Shown piece by piece: positions 10,306-22,125 of a stretch of DNA of 64,000 bases. Each line of letters starts with the position of its first letter. The stretch's first letter is position 1. The translations under genes were made by a program, and so were the position numbers. The notes below the pieces were generated by a model. That model was not told the DNA's origin and did not search any database. It was given only the letters and a program-made list of their open reading frames with translations. Origin of the DNA: Polyangia bacterium (GTDB lineage Bacteria > Myxococcota_A > Polyangia > Palsa-1104 > JAEUJZ01); assembly GCA_044222245.1 (NCBI GenBank), contig JBGANQ010000021.1, forward strand, positions 3,597-67,596, in the 5' to 3' direction.

Positions 10306-12531
10306 TCAGAACAGCTTGAGCTGCGGCGATTTCGGACGACGCCTGGGCGGGGCCGGCTGGTGGACGAGGTGGGCGGGCAGCTCATCGAGGAACGGCGAGG
10401 GGCGATCGGCGGCGGCGGCGGGCTGGCCGGCCGTCGCCTCGCGGCTGACGCACGAGACATAGAGGCGATCCTGGGCGCGGGTGAGGCCGACGTAGAACAG
10501 GCGGCGCTCCTCGGCGAGCTCGGGGGCCGAGCAGCCGCTGCCGGGGAGCAGACCGGCCTCGCAGCCGGCGATGAAGACGACGGGAAACTCCAGGCCCTTG
10601 GCCCCGTGCAGGGTCAGCACCGCCACCCGCTCTTCGGCCGCTTCCCACTCATCGGACTCGTGGCCATGGTCGGCGAGCGGCAGGCTCTGCGGCGCCAGCT
10701 GGGCGAGCTGCGCGCGCACCGCGGCGGTGTCCTTGTCCGGCGCCGCGAGCGCCGCGGCGAGGGCCGTCAGGCGCTCGGGCAGCGGGAGCGGGGCCAGGGC
10801 GGCCAGGCGCGTCGTGATCGCCGCCCGCAGCGCCTCGGGCACCGCGGCGAAGCGGGCCGCGCTCGACCCAGCGGCAAGCGGCGGCGCCGCGGCCGCGGGG
10901 TCAAGCCCGGCCGCCCGCGCCTCCCAGCGCAGCACCCGCCACAGCGCCCCCACGTCGGCCCCGGGGTCCGCGGGCCGGGCGCACAGCCGCAGGTAGGCGA
11001 CCAGATCGCGCGCCGCCGGCGAGTCCAGGTGGGCGCGCCGCGGCCGCTGGATCGGCACCCCCTCCTGCTGCAGCGCCGCGGCCAGCTCATCGGCGCGCGC
11101 GGCGGTGCGGGTGAGCACGGCGATGTCGCTGAAGCTGTAGCTTGGCCCGGCCCAGGCGGCGGCGCGGCGGGCGTCGTGCGAGAGCAGGCTGGTGCCGCCG
11201 ACCAGGCTGTCGATCTCGCGCACGATGCAGAGGGCCTCGGCGAGCGGGCTAGGGGCGGTCAAGCGGGTGAGCGGCGCCCCCGCCGGCCGGGTAGCGAGCG
11301 GCGGCGGCGCTGCCCGCGCCGGGTCGTGGGCGATGACCGCCGCCGCCGCCGCCACCAGGTTGCTCGCCGCGCGGAAGTTCTCCCGCAGGTGCACCACCGC
11401 CGTGCCAGGGAAGTCGTGGGTGAAGGCGTGGAAGTGGCCGACTGCGGCGCCGCGGAAGGCGTAGATCGCCTGATCCGGGTCGCCGATCGCCAGCACCCCG
11501 GCGTGCGCGGCGAGCGCTCGCAATAGCTCGCGCTGCACCCCGCTCACGTCCTGATACTCGTCGACCGCGACGTAGCCGAAGGTGCGGGCGGCGGTGCCGG
11601 CGCGCAGCGCGGCCAGGGCGTTTAGCAGCAGATCGTCCAGGTCCTCGGCCTGATGCTGCGCGAGCAGCTCGGCGTAGCGCTGCGCCGCAGCGGCGAAACT
11701 CTGGCGGTGGGGACCGACCAGCTCGTCCACCAGCTCCTGGGCCGCGGGCGAGGTGCCAGTCAGTTCCGCTGCCGCTGGTGAGGCGTCGGTCAGGCCCGTG
11801 GCCGTGGACGCTGCAGAGGCGGCGGCCAGCGCCCGTTCCGTAGACGCGGGCGCGGGGTCGATCAGTCTCGTGGGCGCGGGCGCGGCGCTGGCCAGCCCCT
11901 GCAGCCAGTCGCTGCGCTGTCCCTTGAGGAGGCTTAGCACCCGGGCCAGCCGCGGCGCTAGCTGGGCCGGCTGGTGCGGCCGCAGCGTGCCGAGCTCCTC
12001 CAGCGCGTGCTCCGCGAACAGCAGCCGATCGCCCTCGCCGAGCAGTGTGGTCCCGGCAGGCAGCGGCCGCAGCAGCAGAGCCACCCGGTGGAACGTACCC
12101 ACCGCAAGCTCGCGCGCCGGCGGGCCCAGCGCCGCCAGCAGGCGCTCCTGCAGCTCTGCCGCCGCCTTGCGGGTAAATGTCACTGCCACGATCTCCGCCG
12201 GCCGCACCTGCGCGGTGGCAATCAGGTGCGACAGCCGCGCGGTCAAGGTCCGTGTCTTGCCTGCCCCCGGCCCGGCGACCACCAGCAGCGGCCCACCGAC
12301 GTGCTCGACCACCTGCCGCTGCGCCGCGGTCAGCCCGGACAGGACGTGCAGCTGCGCAGGGAGCGCCGCCGGCGCGGGCGCTCCCTGCGGCAAGTCGCCC
12401 GGTGCCGCGGCCAGGGGCGGTGCTGCTGCCAGGGGCGAGGCTGCTGCTGCCAGGGGCGGTGCTGCTGCCAGGGACGCTGCTGCTGCGAGAGGGGGTGCTG
12501 CTGCGAGAGGCGCGGCGAGGGGCTCTGGCAT
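10306..12531 (-). CDS. UvrD/Rep-family SF1 DNA helicase
   Basis: AGPGAGKT (Walker A), VTFTRKAA, VDEYQD, IGDPDQAIYAFRGA, TLHGAKGLEF and EERRLFYVGLTRA motifs. Confidence 0.92.
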   Translation of the reverse strand: MPEPLAAPLAAAPPLAAAASLAAAPPLAAAASPLAAAPPLAAAPGDLPQGAPAPAALPAQLHVLSGLTAAQRQVVEHVGGPLLVVAGPGAGKTRTLTARLSHLIATAQVRPAEIVAVTFTRKAAAELQERLLAALGPPARELAVGTFHRVALLLRPLPAGTTLLGEGDRLLFAEHALEELGTLRPHQPAQLAPRLARVLSLLKGQRSDWLQGLASAAPAPTRLIDPAPASTERALAAASAASTATGLTDASPAAAELTGTSPAAQELVDELVGPHRQSFAAAAQRYAELLAQHQAEDLDDLLLNALAALRAGTAARTFGYVAVDEYQDVSGVQRELLRALAAHAGVLAIGDPDQAIYAFRGAAVGHFHAFTHDFPGTAVVHLRENFRAASNLVAAAAAVIAHDPARAAPPPLATRPAGAPLTRLTAPSPLAEALCIVREIDSLVGGTSLLSHDARRAAAWAGPSYSFSDIAVLTRTAARADELAAALQQEGVPIQRPRRAHLDSPAARDLVAYLRLCARPADPGADVGALWRVLRWEARAAGLDPAAAAPPLAAGSSAARFAAVPEALRAAITTRLAALAPLPLPERLTALAAALAAPDKDTAAVRAQLAQLAPQSLPLADHGHESDEWEAAEERVAVLTLHGAKGLEFPVVFIAGCEAGLLPGSGCSAPELAEERRLFYVGLTRAQDRLYVSCVSREATAGQPAAAADRPSPFLDELPAHLVHQPAPPRRRPKSPQLKLF
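12405..12525. repeat. Degenerate 18-24 bp coding tandem repeat (AAAPPLA units) at the UvrD N-terminus
   Basis: Repeated tgctgctgccagggg / tgctgctgcgagagg units. Confidence 0.8.
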
Positions 12532-12542
12532 GGGCGGCTGCC

Positions 12543-13874
12543 TCAGGCGAACAGGGACATCTGAGGGGTCTGGGCGGTGCCGCGGCCGCGCTCGCCGGGT
12601 TCGAAGATGCGCAGGGTGCCGTACTCCCCGTCGTAGCCGGCGGCGAACTGCAGCCGGCCGCTGCGCACGCGGCGGATCGCTTCCCCAAGCAGCTCGGGGC
12701 CGGCCTGCCGCAGCTCGTCATCGCTGGCGCGGCGCAGGATGTGCAGCTCGCTGCCCAGCTGATCGAGCAGCCGGTAGTAAGCGCGGGCCACGCCGTCCGC
12801 CGCTGCCGAGACGCCGAGCACCTGGGCCAGGACCTCGGTGAGCGGGACCAGGCTGGTAAACGGCCGGGCGCGCGCGGGGCGGTAGGGATCGGCAGCCGGG
12901 CGATCCGCCAGGGCCTCGACGCGTGAGAGCACGCCGACGGTGACCGGGCGATCGCAGCGCGGGCAGCGGCCGCCCAGGCGCTGGCGCTCGGCGGGCGCAA
13001 GGCGCACCTGGCAGTCGCGGTGGCCGTCGAGGTGATACTTGCCCTCCTCGGGATAAAACTCCACCGTGCCAAGGAAGCGCTCGGGGTCGCAGTGCTCGAT
13101 CGCGGCGCGCAGACCAGCGAACGTCGGGTCGCTGCCAAGGTCGACCAGGTTCAGCTCGCGCCCGAGCTTGGCCGGCGAGTGAGCGTCGGAGTTTGAGACC
13201 AGGGTGAAGCGATCGAGCATCGACAGCCGGTGGTTCATCGCCGGGTCCGACGACAGCCCGGTCTCCAGCGCGAACAGCTGCGGCGTCAGATCGCCAAAGC
13301 ACGCCTCCAGCGTGTCAAAGCCCGACAGCGACCCGAACACCGAGAAGTGCGGCGTCCAGATGTGGGCGGGGATGAGGTAGGCGCGCGGGTGCGCTTCCAG
13401 CACCAGCTCGAAAAAATCGCGGCAGGACAGCCCGAAGATCGGTCGCCCGTCGGACCCGAGGTTGCAGCCGAGCCGCAGCAGGCGCTCGCACAGCGCGTCC
13501 GCGGTGTCCAGATCGGGGAGCAGCGCGAGGTTGTGGACCTTGCGCACCGCGCCGTCCTTTTTGTAGATGTGCGAGACCTCGGAGGTCAGCACGAACCGCA
13601 CCGGCCGCCGGCAGGCGCGCGGGATCGACTCGTCCAGGGCGGCGCGCAGCTCGGGGCGCAGCTCGAAGAAGCCGGGCTCCTCGCTGCCGCTCACCCGCGA
13701 GGGGACAAGCTGGTCGCGCAGCTCGCTGCGCCAGCCGGGGTGGGTGAAGTCGCCGGTGCCGACGATGTCGATGCCTTTGCGCTGCGCCCACTGGTAAAGG
13801 TGCGGCAGATCAAGGTCGCGGCTGGTGGCGCGGCTAAAGTGAGAGTGAATGTGCAGATCGCAGGTGAGCTCCAT
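12543..13874 (-). CDS. Endonuclease Q-family (PHP-domain, TIGR00375-like) protein
   Basis: DLHIHSHFSRATS, GTGDFTHP, PAHIWTP, ETGLSSDP, SNSDAHS, EEGKYHLDGHRDC..CPRC and GYDGEYG motifs. Confidence 0.92.
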   Translation of the reverse strand: MELTCDLHIHSHFSRATSRDLDLPHLYQWAQRKGIDIVGTGDFTHPGWRSELRDQLVPSRVSGSEEPGFFELRPELRAALDESIPRACRRPVRFVLTSEVSHIYKKDGAVRKVHNLALLPDLDTADALCERLLRLGCNLGSDGRPIFGLSCRDFFELVLEAHPRAYLIPAHIWTPHFSVFGSLSGFDTLEACFGDLTPQLFALETGLSSDPAMNHRLSMLDRFTLVSNSDAHSPAKLGRELNLVDLGSDPTFAGLRAAIEHCDPERFLGTVEFYPEEGKYHLDGHRDCQVRLAPAERQRLGGRCPRCDRPVTVGVLSRVEALADRPAADPYRPARARPFTSLVPLTEVLAQVLGVSAAADGVARAYYRLLDQLGSELHILRRASDDELRQAGPELLGEAIRRVRSGRLQFAAGYDGEYGTLRIFEPGERGRGTAQTPQMSLFA

Positions 13875-13979
13875 GCCGCAGGCATAGGCCCGCTCCCGTC
13901 GACCAGGCAAGCGCGACAGGGCACTATTTGGGAAAATTGTTCTCGGGAAAACTTGAGTCCGTTATAAAAAAGGACCGCC

Positions 13980-14336
13980 ATGAAGGTGATCGTGTTCGAC
14001 GATGAGCTGACAGCGCACGCCGCGAGCTACAAGATGCCCGAGCTGACGCTGCTCTGCTTCGATCACGCTGACGACGCGGTGGCGATCGTCGCCGCCGAGC
14101 GGCCCGACGTGGTGCTGATGGACTACAACATGAACGCCCAGCTCGACGGGACGCAGGCGATCCGGGCGCTCAAGCGGCTCGGGCTGCCGCTGCGCATCGT
14201 CGCGATCTCGGCCGAGCGGGCGCGCAACCTCGCCCTGCTCGACGCCGGGGCCGACGAGGCGGTGCCCAAGACGCACATCCGCGGCTACCTCCACAAGCTC
14301 ATCGAGCACGAGCGGCTGCGGCGCATCTCCGGCTGA
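13980..14336 (+). CDS. Single-domain response regulator (receiver only)
   Basis: VIVFDDE, PDVVLMDYNM, AISA and AGADEAVPK motifs; AAAAGG RBS. Confidence 0.88.
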   Translation: MKVIVFDDELTAHAASYKMPELTLLCFDHADDAVAIVAAERPDVVLMDYNMNAQLDGTQAIRALKRLGLPLRIVAISAERARNLALLDAGADEAVPKTHIRGYLHKLIEHERLRRISG

Positions 14337-14340
14337 GCGA

Positions 14341-14844
14341 CTAGCGCAGCCGAGCGGCGATCAGCTGGACGAGCTGCGGCAGGTACAAAAGGCCGACAAA
14401 GCGCAGCACGAAGCCAAGGCCGCTAAGGGCGGTGAACGGCCACAGGCTCATGCCCATCATCCCGCACAGGATGCTGTACAGGTAGCTCGGCGGCAGGCCG
14501 ACCAGCGCCGAGATGAACAGCAGCCACGCCGTCGAGCCCTTGTAGGACGCCAGCCGATCGCGCAGCTGGCCGAGCCGAGCCAGGCCCCGGGTGCGCAACA
14601 GGCGCCCGTGCAGCTGACCGGGCAGCATCCCGCGCCCCGAGGCGTAGAGCAGCAGCTTGGACAAAAGCTGCCCGAGCGCGGTGAGCAGCATGACGCCGAT
14701 AAGGTGCCACGGGTTGCGGGTGAAGGTGCCCACCGCGAGCAGGAATACCTCGACGCTGAGCACCGGCACGACGCCGCTGACGAAGCTGAACAGGAAAGCC
14801 CCGAGGTAAAGACCAAACCAGTCTATGAGCTGCTGCGTGGACAT
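14341..14844 (-). CDS. YqaA/VTT (DedA-like) membrane protein
   Basis: FSFVSGVVPVLSVEVFL, LLYASGR, SALVGLPP.Y and G..LRF patterns. Confidence 0.75.
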   Translation of the reverse strand: MSTQQLIDWFGLYLGAFLFSFVSGVVPVLSVEVFLLAVGTFTRNPWHLIGVMLLTALGQLLSKLLLYASGRGMLPGQLHGRLLRTRGLARLGQLRDRLASYKGSTAWLLFISALVGLPPSYLYSILCGMMGMSLWPFTALSGLGFVLRFVGLLYLPQLVQLIAARLR

Positions 14845-14923
14845 GAACCCCGCGACTTACAATGAGCATAGCCCGGTCTGACAAAACAGGGGGCGCGCGG
14901 CGACGGGGCGCGCGGCGGGCGCG

Positions 14924-14983
14924 GCTAACGGACCTGCTAGCGAACTGGCTAGCGGACCTGCTAGCGGACTGGCTAGCGGACTT
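14924..14983. repeat. 5 x 12-bp tandem repeat (GCTAGCGGACYK-like)
   Basis: gctaacggacct gctagcgaactg gctagcggacct gctagcggactg gctagcggactt read directly. Confidence 0.9.
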
Positions 14984-15380
14984 GAAAGATGACGTGGCCG
15001 AGGCTGGTCTGGCCGAACAGCCGCTGCTGGAACGTCGTCTGCGCCACCGCCTGAAAGCTGTCGTTGAGGGCGATGGCCTGGACGGTGTAGACGCCGGCGG
15101 GCACCGAGAAGGTCTCGCCGGCCATGTTGGCGCACGGGAAGTCGAACACGCCGCCGCTCGGCGGGGAGGGGCTCATCTGGACGCGGATGGTGGCGACCTT
15201 CTTCTGGGCGCAGGTGAGCGCCGGCGCGGTGTTGGGATCGGGCGCCGCGGCATCGACAATCTGCCAGGTCAGCGAGGCGGTGGCGGTGGTCTGGGGGGTA
15301 CCGCAGCCGGTGGCGAGCAGGCCCAGGCAGAGGGCAAGCCCGGCACCCGGACGGAAGGGGCGGAACAGGTGGAAGCGCAT
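14973..15380 (-). CDS. Putative lipoprotein, beta-rich, unknown function
   Basis: LLATGC lipobox; GGAGAG RBS-like sequence; two further Cys. Confidence 0.7.
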   Translation of the reverse strand: MRFHLFRPFRPGAGLALCLGLLATGCGTPQTTATASLTWQIVDAAAPDPNTAPALTCAQKKVATIRVQMSPSPPSGGVFDFPCANMAGETFSVPAGVYTVQAIALNDSFQAVAQTTFQQRLFGQTSLGHVIFQVR

Positions 15381-15485
15381 CAGGTCTCTCCTTGGCGCGG
15401 CGCGCCGTATAAGTGGCCCCTATTGTGCGACGCTAAACTACAAAATGGGAGGGGGTCGCAGCCGCCGCGGCCGGCTATCCCCGGG

Positions 15486-16550
15486 CTAACCGCTGACCGG
15501 CAGGCCGACGGTCGACAGCAGCGTGGTCAGCCGGCGCTCGAAGGTGTGATCGCGGTGGGCGCGCGCCTGGCCGCGGGCGGCGATCGCGGCGCGCTCTTCG
15601 GGGTGGGCGAGGTAGTAGGCGACTTTTTCGCGCAGCTCGCGCGGGCCGCTGAAGGTGGCCACCTCCTGCCCGGGCAAAAAGTAGTCGCGCAGCGCGGCGC
15701 GCTCGTCGGTCAGCTGGAAGGCACCGATGCCGGCGAGCTCGAAGGTCCGCTTGTTGACGTCGCCGATGCCGGCGTAGTGGTTTGTGTTGAGGGCAATCTT
15801 GCACGCCCGCATCGCCCGGCACTTCTCATCGCCGCTGACCTCCTGCCCGGCCCAGAAGTCGCGCACCTGGTGGTGCAGCCAGCGCGGCGGCCGGGCCCCC
15901 CACAGCTTGAGCGTCAGCCGCTCGGGATCGCCGCTCGGGCGGCTGGCCTGGGCGAGCAGCGGCTCGAGCAGGCGCGCCCGGTAGGGGTAGTAGTTGCCGT
16001 AGGTCGCTACATCGGCGGCGTAGCGCTGCTCATCCGCCGGCGACAGCGGCAGCGGCCGGTGCAGGCTGGGATCGCAGCACTGCGCCAGGTGGTGGATGTT
16101 GCTGGCGCCGAGCGACTGACTGAGGCGCTCGACGATGAAGCGGTCCTGGAAGAACAGCGCGTCCCACGGCGCCAGAAGGAACGTGCCGCGGCCGAAGCTG
16201 GTGAAGGCGTCGGGGAACCAGCCGACGCAGCGCACCCCGGCCTCGCGCAGCGCGGTCACCGTCTCGGGCAGCACCCACAGGAGCTGCACCACCAGGACCA
16301 GATCGGCGCGCAGCGCCCGCGCCTGCGCCACAAGGGCCTTCTGGGCGAGATAAAACGGCTCGCGCACGGTGCTGCGCAGCAGGTACTCGGCGACCAGGAA
16401 CGCCAGCGGGTAGCGCTGCAGCGGGCCGGGCACCCCCAGGTGCTGGCGCAGGTCGCAGATCTCGGCGGTGTGGCCCAGGGCGCGCAGCCCGCGCACGCAG
16501 CCCATCTCCGAGGTATCGACTCCGGAAGGCCCGACGACCACGATGCGCAT
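15486..16550 (-). CDS. CgeB-like glycosyltransferase (Glyco_trans_1_2)
   Basis: KIALNTNH...VNKRTFELAGIGAFQLTD...AIAARGQARAHRDHTFERR C-terminal signature. Confidence 0.85.
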   Translation of the reverse strand: MRIVVVGPSGVDTSEMGCVRGLRALGHTAEICDLRQHLGVPGPLQRYPLAFLVAEYLLRSTVREPFYLAQKALVAQARALRADLVLVVQLLWVLPETVTALREAGVRCVGWFPDAFTSFGRGTFLLAPWDALFFQDRFIVERLSQSLGASNIHHLAQCCDPSLHRPLPLSPADEQRYAADVATYGNYYPYRARLLEPLLAQASRPSGDPERLTLKLWGARPPRWLHHQVRDFWAGQEVSGDEKCRAMRACKIALNTNHYAGIGDVNKRTFELAGIGAFQLTDERAALRDYFLPGQEVATFSGPRELREKVAYYLAHPEERAAIAARGQARAHRDHTFERRLTTLLSTVGLPVSG

Positions 16551-16556
16551 GGGCTG

Positions 16557-18623
<2,067 letters not shown>

Positions 18624-18635
18624 CTACTGTGCCAC

Positions 18636-19694
18636 CTAGGGCCGACGCGCCGTGGTCGGTACCGTCGCTGTCGGGCCGGGCGCGGCGGCCGCCTGATCCT
18701 CCCGATTATGCGCTGGCGGGCGGCGGGCGCGCAGGGCGGCGGCGCGCACGGTCAGCGAAAAGGGCAGGGCGCGACCGCTGGCCTGCTCGGGGCGGCCGCG
18801 CCCGGGGTGGCGCTGCCCGGCGCGCTCGCCGCCCCGGCAGGCGAGGTCGATGGCGGCCTTGAGCTCGGCGAACGCCGCCTGCATCTGCGGCCCCGCGCCG
18901 CCGAGAATGGTCTTCCAGGTGGTGAGCGGGCCGTACTCGATGACCGGGGCGAAGAACAGATCGGTGCCGCCGGCGATGAGCAGCGAGAATGGCGTGCACT
19001 GCAGCTCCAGCTCGACCAGACCCGCCTCGCTGGCCCAGCCGAGCACGGCGGCCGCGTCGGGCCACGCCGACAGGTGGGTGCGCAGCCGCGCCCCGATCCC
19101 CGACTCGGCCACGCCTTCGCGCTCGGCCTCGGCGGCGCCGAGCTTCTCGATGAGCGCGTAGAACTCGCCGAAGGTGCCGCGCAGGGGCAGGGTGCACAGC
19201 ACCTGCGCCCCCGGCTTGGCCACCCGCGCCATCTCCTTGAGGAGCAGCCGCGGCTGCGCGACGTCGTAGAGGCCGAGGTTGGAGATCACCAGATCGAAGG
19301 CCGACTCGTCGTACGGCAGCCGCGGCTCCGAGGGGTCGGTCTTGAAGAAGATGCGGCGGTTGGCCTGCGCGCCCGCCTTCTGCCGCGCGACCTCGAGCAG
19401 CGCCGACGAGGAGTCAACGGCGAACACCCGCGCCTCGGGGAAGCGGCGCAAAAGCTCCAGCCCCGGGTAGCCGGTGTGGCACATCACGTCGAGGATGGTC
19501 GCCTTGCCGAGCGGCGCGACCTGCTGCAGCAGCAGGCGGCCAAACGGCTGCGTCCACACCGGCGCGATGTCCCGCTCGTAAAGCGGCGCCAGGCGGGGAT
19601 CGCGACGGAACCGGTTCGACGGGGGAGGCGGCGGAGGCGGCGCTGGCCTTGAAGCGAGTCCGGTGGGGGATGGCAGCATGGCGGGGGCCATCAT
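18636..19694 (-). CDS. Class I SAM-dependent methyltransferase-like protein
   Basis: ILDVMCHTGY (degenerate motif I), VFAVDSS, FDLVISNLG and EMARVAKPGA motifs. Confidence 0.8.
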   Translation of the reverse strand: MMAPAMLPSPTGLASRPAPPPPPPPSNRFRRDPRLAPLYERDIAPVWTQPFGRLLLQQVAPLGKATILDVMCHTGYPGLELLRRFPEARVFAVDSSSALLEVARQKAGAQANRRIFFKTDPSEPRLPYDESAFDLVISNLGLYDVAQPRLLLKEMARVAKPGAQVLCTLPLRGTFGEFYALIEKLGAAEAEREGVAESGIGARLRTHLSAWPDAAAVLGWASEAGLVELELQCTPFSLLIAGGTDLFFAPVIEYGPLTTWKTILGGAGPQMQAAFAELKAAIDLACRGGERAGQRHPGRGRPEQASGRALPFSLTVRAAALRARRPPAHNREDQAAAAPGPTATVPTTARRP

Positions 19695-19747
19695 ATCCAG
19701 CGAGCACAGCTTATGCCATGATGACGGGAGGGTAAAAGGCCCATCGC

Positions 19748-21256
19748 GTGCGCGCCGCTCCTCCCAACTGCAGCCGTGCTGCCTGCCTGCTCCTCAGCTG
19801 GGCGGTGGCGAGCCTTGTGCCAGCGCTCGCGCTGCCGGCCCAGGCTGCGTCGCCGCGTCCCGGCCCCGGCGCGCGGCCTGGCCTCGCCGGACCGCGGCCG
19901 CAGCCCGGAGCTGCAAGCGCGCCGCCGGCGAGCGCCGCCGAGCCGCTGTTTCCGGTGAGCAAGCCGCGCGGCAAGCGGCAGCTCCCGGCCGGACCGCTGC
20001 AGCTGCAGGCGTTCGCCAACCAGGCCAGCCAGCTCGGACCGGCGGTGGTGAGCGTGCTGTCGTGGCACCTGAGCCAGGAGCAGGGCCAGCCGCGCCGCTC
20101 GCGCGAGCAGGGCACCGGCGTCATCGTCAACCCGCGCGGCTTCATCCTCACCAACAACCACGTAGTCGAGCACGCCGCCGAGCTGCGCGTCCGCCTGCAG
20201 GACGAGCGCGAGCTGCCGGCGCAGCTGGTCGGCCGCGACGAGCGGACCGATGTCGCGCTGCTCAAGATCGACGCCGGCCCGGCGCCGCTGCCGTGGGCGC
20301 CGCTCGGCGACTCCGATCAAGTACGCATCGGCGAGTGGGTGATGGCGATCGGCAACCCGTTTGGGCTGGATCACTCGGTGACCCTGGGCATCGTGTCGGC
20401 CAAGGGCCGGCGCGAGGTGCGCCCCGGCAACGCCCAGGGCTTCTTTGACTTCCTGCAGACCGATGCCTCGATAAACCCCGGCAACTCCGGCGGTCCGCTG
20501 CTCAGCACGCGCGGCGAGGTCATCGGCATCAACACAGCGATCAACGTGGTCGGCAGCGGCATCGGCTTCGCGATCCCCAGCAACATCGCCCGCGCCGTCG
20601 CCGAGCAGCTGTACCAGCGCGGGCGGGTGCTGCGCAGCTGGCTGGGGGTGTACCCGCAGGCGGTGACCGAGTCGCTGCGGCGGTCGCTGCAGCTGCCCGA
20701 TCGCAGCGGCGCCCTGCTGGCCGAGATCTACGACGGCTCGCCGGCCGCCCAGGCCGGGCTGCAGATCGGCGACGTGATCACCGAGTTTGACGGCAAGCCG
20801 ATCCGCCGCGCCGATGATCTGATGTGGCTGCTCGGCCTCAACGACCGGCGCACCGCCGGCCTGCGGCTTTATCGCGCCGGCCGCCAGCTCGCGCTGCAGG
20901 TGCAGTTTCCCCAGCCCGAGGCGCCGGCCCCCGAGCCGCCGGCGCGTCCGCGCGCCGAGCCGACGGCGCTCGGCATCGTGGTCAGCGAGCTGACCGCCGC
21001 GCTGGCCCAGAAGCTCGGCTACGAAGACAGCCACGGCCTGGTCGTCATGGCGGTCGAGCCGGGCAGCCCGGCGATGGACGCCAGCGTCGAGCGCGGCGAC
21101 ATCATCCTGCGCGTCGGCGACCGCCGGGTGCGCAGCCTGGAGGAGTATGCGCGGGCGGTGCGAGAGGTAGAAAAGGGCCAGCTCATCCGCCTGCTCCTGC
21201 GGCGCGAGGAGCGCAGCCAGTGGCACAACCTGCTGGTCGCGTTCCCGCGGCGCTAG
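19748..21256 (+). CDS. DegP/HtrA serine protease with two PDZ domains
   Basis: ILTNNHVV, TDVALLK and QTDASINPGNSGGPL catalytic motifs; two PDZ-like segments. Confidence 0.93.
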   Translation: MRAAPPNCSRAACLLLSWAVASLVPALALPAQAASPRPGPGARPGLAGPRPQPGAASAPPASAAEPLFPVSKPRGKRQLPAGPLQLQAFANQASQLGPAVVSVLSWHLSQEQGQPRRSREQGTGVIVNPRGFILTNNHVVEHAAELRVRLQDERELPAQLVGRDERTDVALLKIDAGPAPLPWAPLGDSDQVRIGEWVMAIGNPFGLDHSVTLGIVSAKGRREVRPGNAQGFFDFLQTDASINPGNSGGPLLSTRGEVIGINTAINVVGSGIGFAIPSNIARAVAEQLYQRGRVLRSWLGVYPQAVTESLRRSLQLPDRSGALLAEIYDGSPAAQAGLQIGDVITEFDGKPIRRADDLMWLLGLNDRRTAGLRLYRAGRQLALQVQFPQPEAPAPEPPARPRAEPTALGIVVSELTAALAQKLGYEDSHGLVVMAVEPGSPAMDASVERGDIILRVGDRRVRSLEEYARAVREVEKGQLIRLLLRREERSQWHNLLVAFPRR

Positions 21257-21492
21257 CCGGCCACAGCCACTACTGCGCGGCCCACGCTCGGAGCCAGCCG
21301 TGCTCACCGCCCAGAGGCTGCTCGGCGCACCCCGCAGCTGGGCGCTCGCTACGTCTTGCCACGGTCTACCCGCACGACTTGCTTACTTCGCGAGTCCTCC
21401 GTCGAGAAATAAGGCGCGCGCAGCGTCCCTGGGCGCGGCTCCTCGGCCAGAGATTTTGCGAAGTGAGCAGGTCGTACTGGGGCGGCGGCTCG

Positions 21493-22125
21493 CTACAGGT
21501 CCGAGCTCGGCATCGCCAGGTCGGGCGGCGGCGGCAGCGCCAGGTCGGGCGGCACCTCGGCGAGATCGGGCACCTCGGCGAGGTCGGGCGGCGTCGTCGC
21601 CAGGTCGGGCCGCGGCGTCGCCAGGTCGGGCCGCGGCGTGCCCAGGTCGACGTCCGCGGTGCCCGGCAGCGGCGGATAAAGGGTCAGCTTGCGCTGCAGG
21701 TGCTGGCCGTTGCGCAGGTCGAGGGCGAACTCGGGCGAGACGCCGGCGATCTGACCGCTCAGCATGGCGCGCACGCTGAGCGTCGCCGGTCCGTCGGGCC
21801 ACAGCACCGCCACCTTGAACGGCAGATCCTGCGGGGTGTCGAGCGTCATCATCGGGATCGCCGGCTGGACCTTGCGCATGAGAAAGACCTGCAGCTGATC
21901 GGCGCGCGCGACGCCATCAGAGCCGTACAGGGTGAGCGACAAGCAGGTCTCGCTGTGGCCCTTGCAGGCGTCATTATCCGCGCAGCCAGCGGCAAGCAGC
22001 GTCGTCCCGAGCGCGACCGCGCCGACGAGCCGCGGCCACCCAAGGGGCGCCAGCGGACCTCGCTTCTGGGGCGGCGGCGGGCTCGGCTGAGGCAGGCGCG
22101 GGGACATCGGCGGCGCCGCTCTCAT
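21493..22125 (-). CDS. Putative lipoprotein with C-terminal PDL repeats
   Basis: LAAGC lipobox; (P)DLA repeats; overlaps the stop of the upstream PEGA gene. Confidence 0.75.
   Translation of the reverse strand: MRAAPPMSPRLPQPSPPPPQKRGPLAPLGWPRLVGAVALGTTLLAAGCADNDACKGHSETCLSLTLYGSDGVARADQLQVFLMRKVQPAIPMMTLDTPQDLPFKVAVLWPDGPATLSVRAMLSGQIAGVSPEFALDLRNGQHLQRKLTLYPPLPGTADVDLGTPRPDLATPRPDLATTPPDLAEVPDLAEVPPDLALPPPPDLAMPSSDL

Noticed and set aside
13915-13975. LexA/SOS box upstream of the EndoQ-UvrD pair
   Set aside because: AT-rich and promoter-like, but no convincing match to a LexA consensus that I can support.
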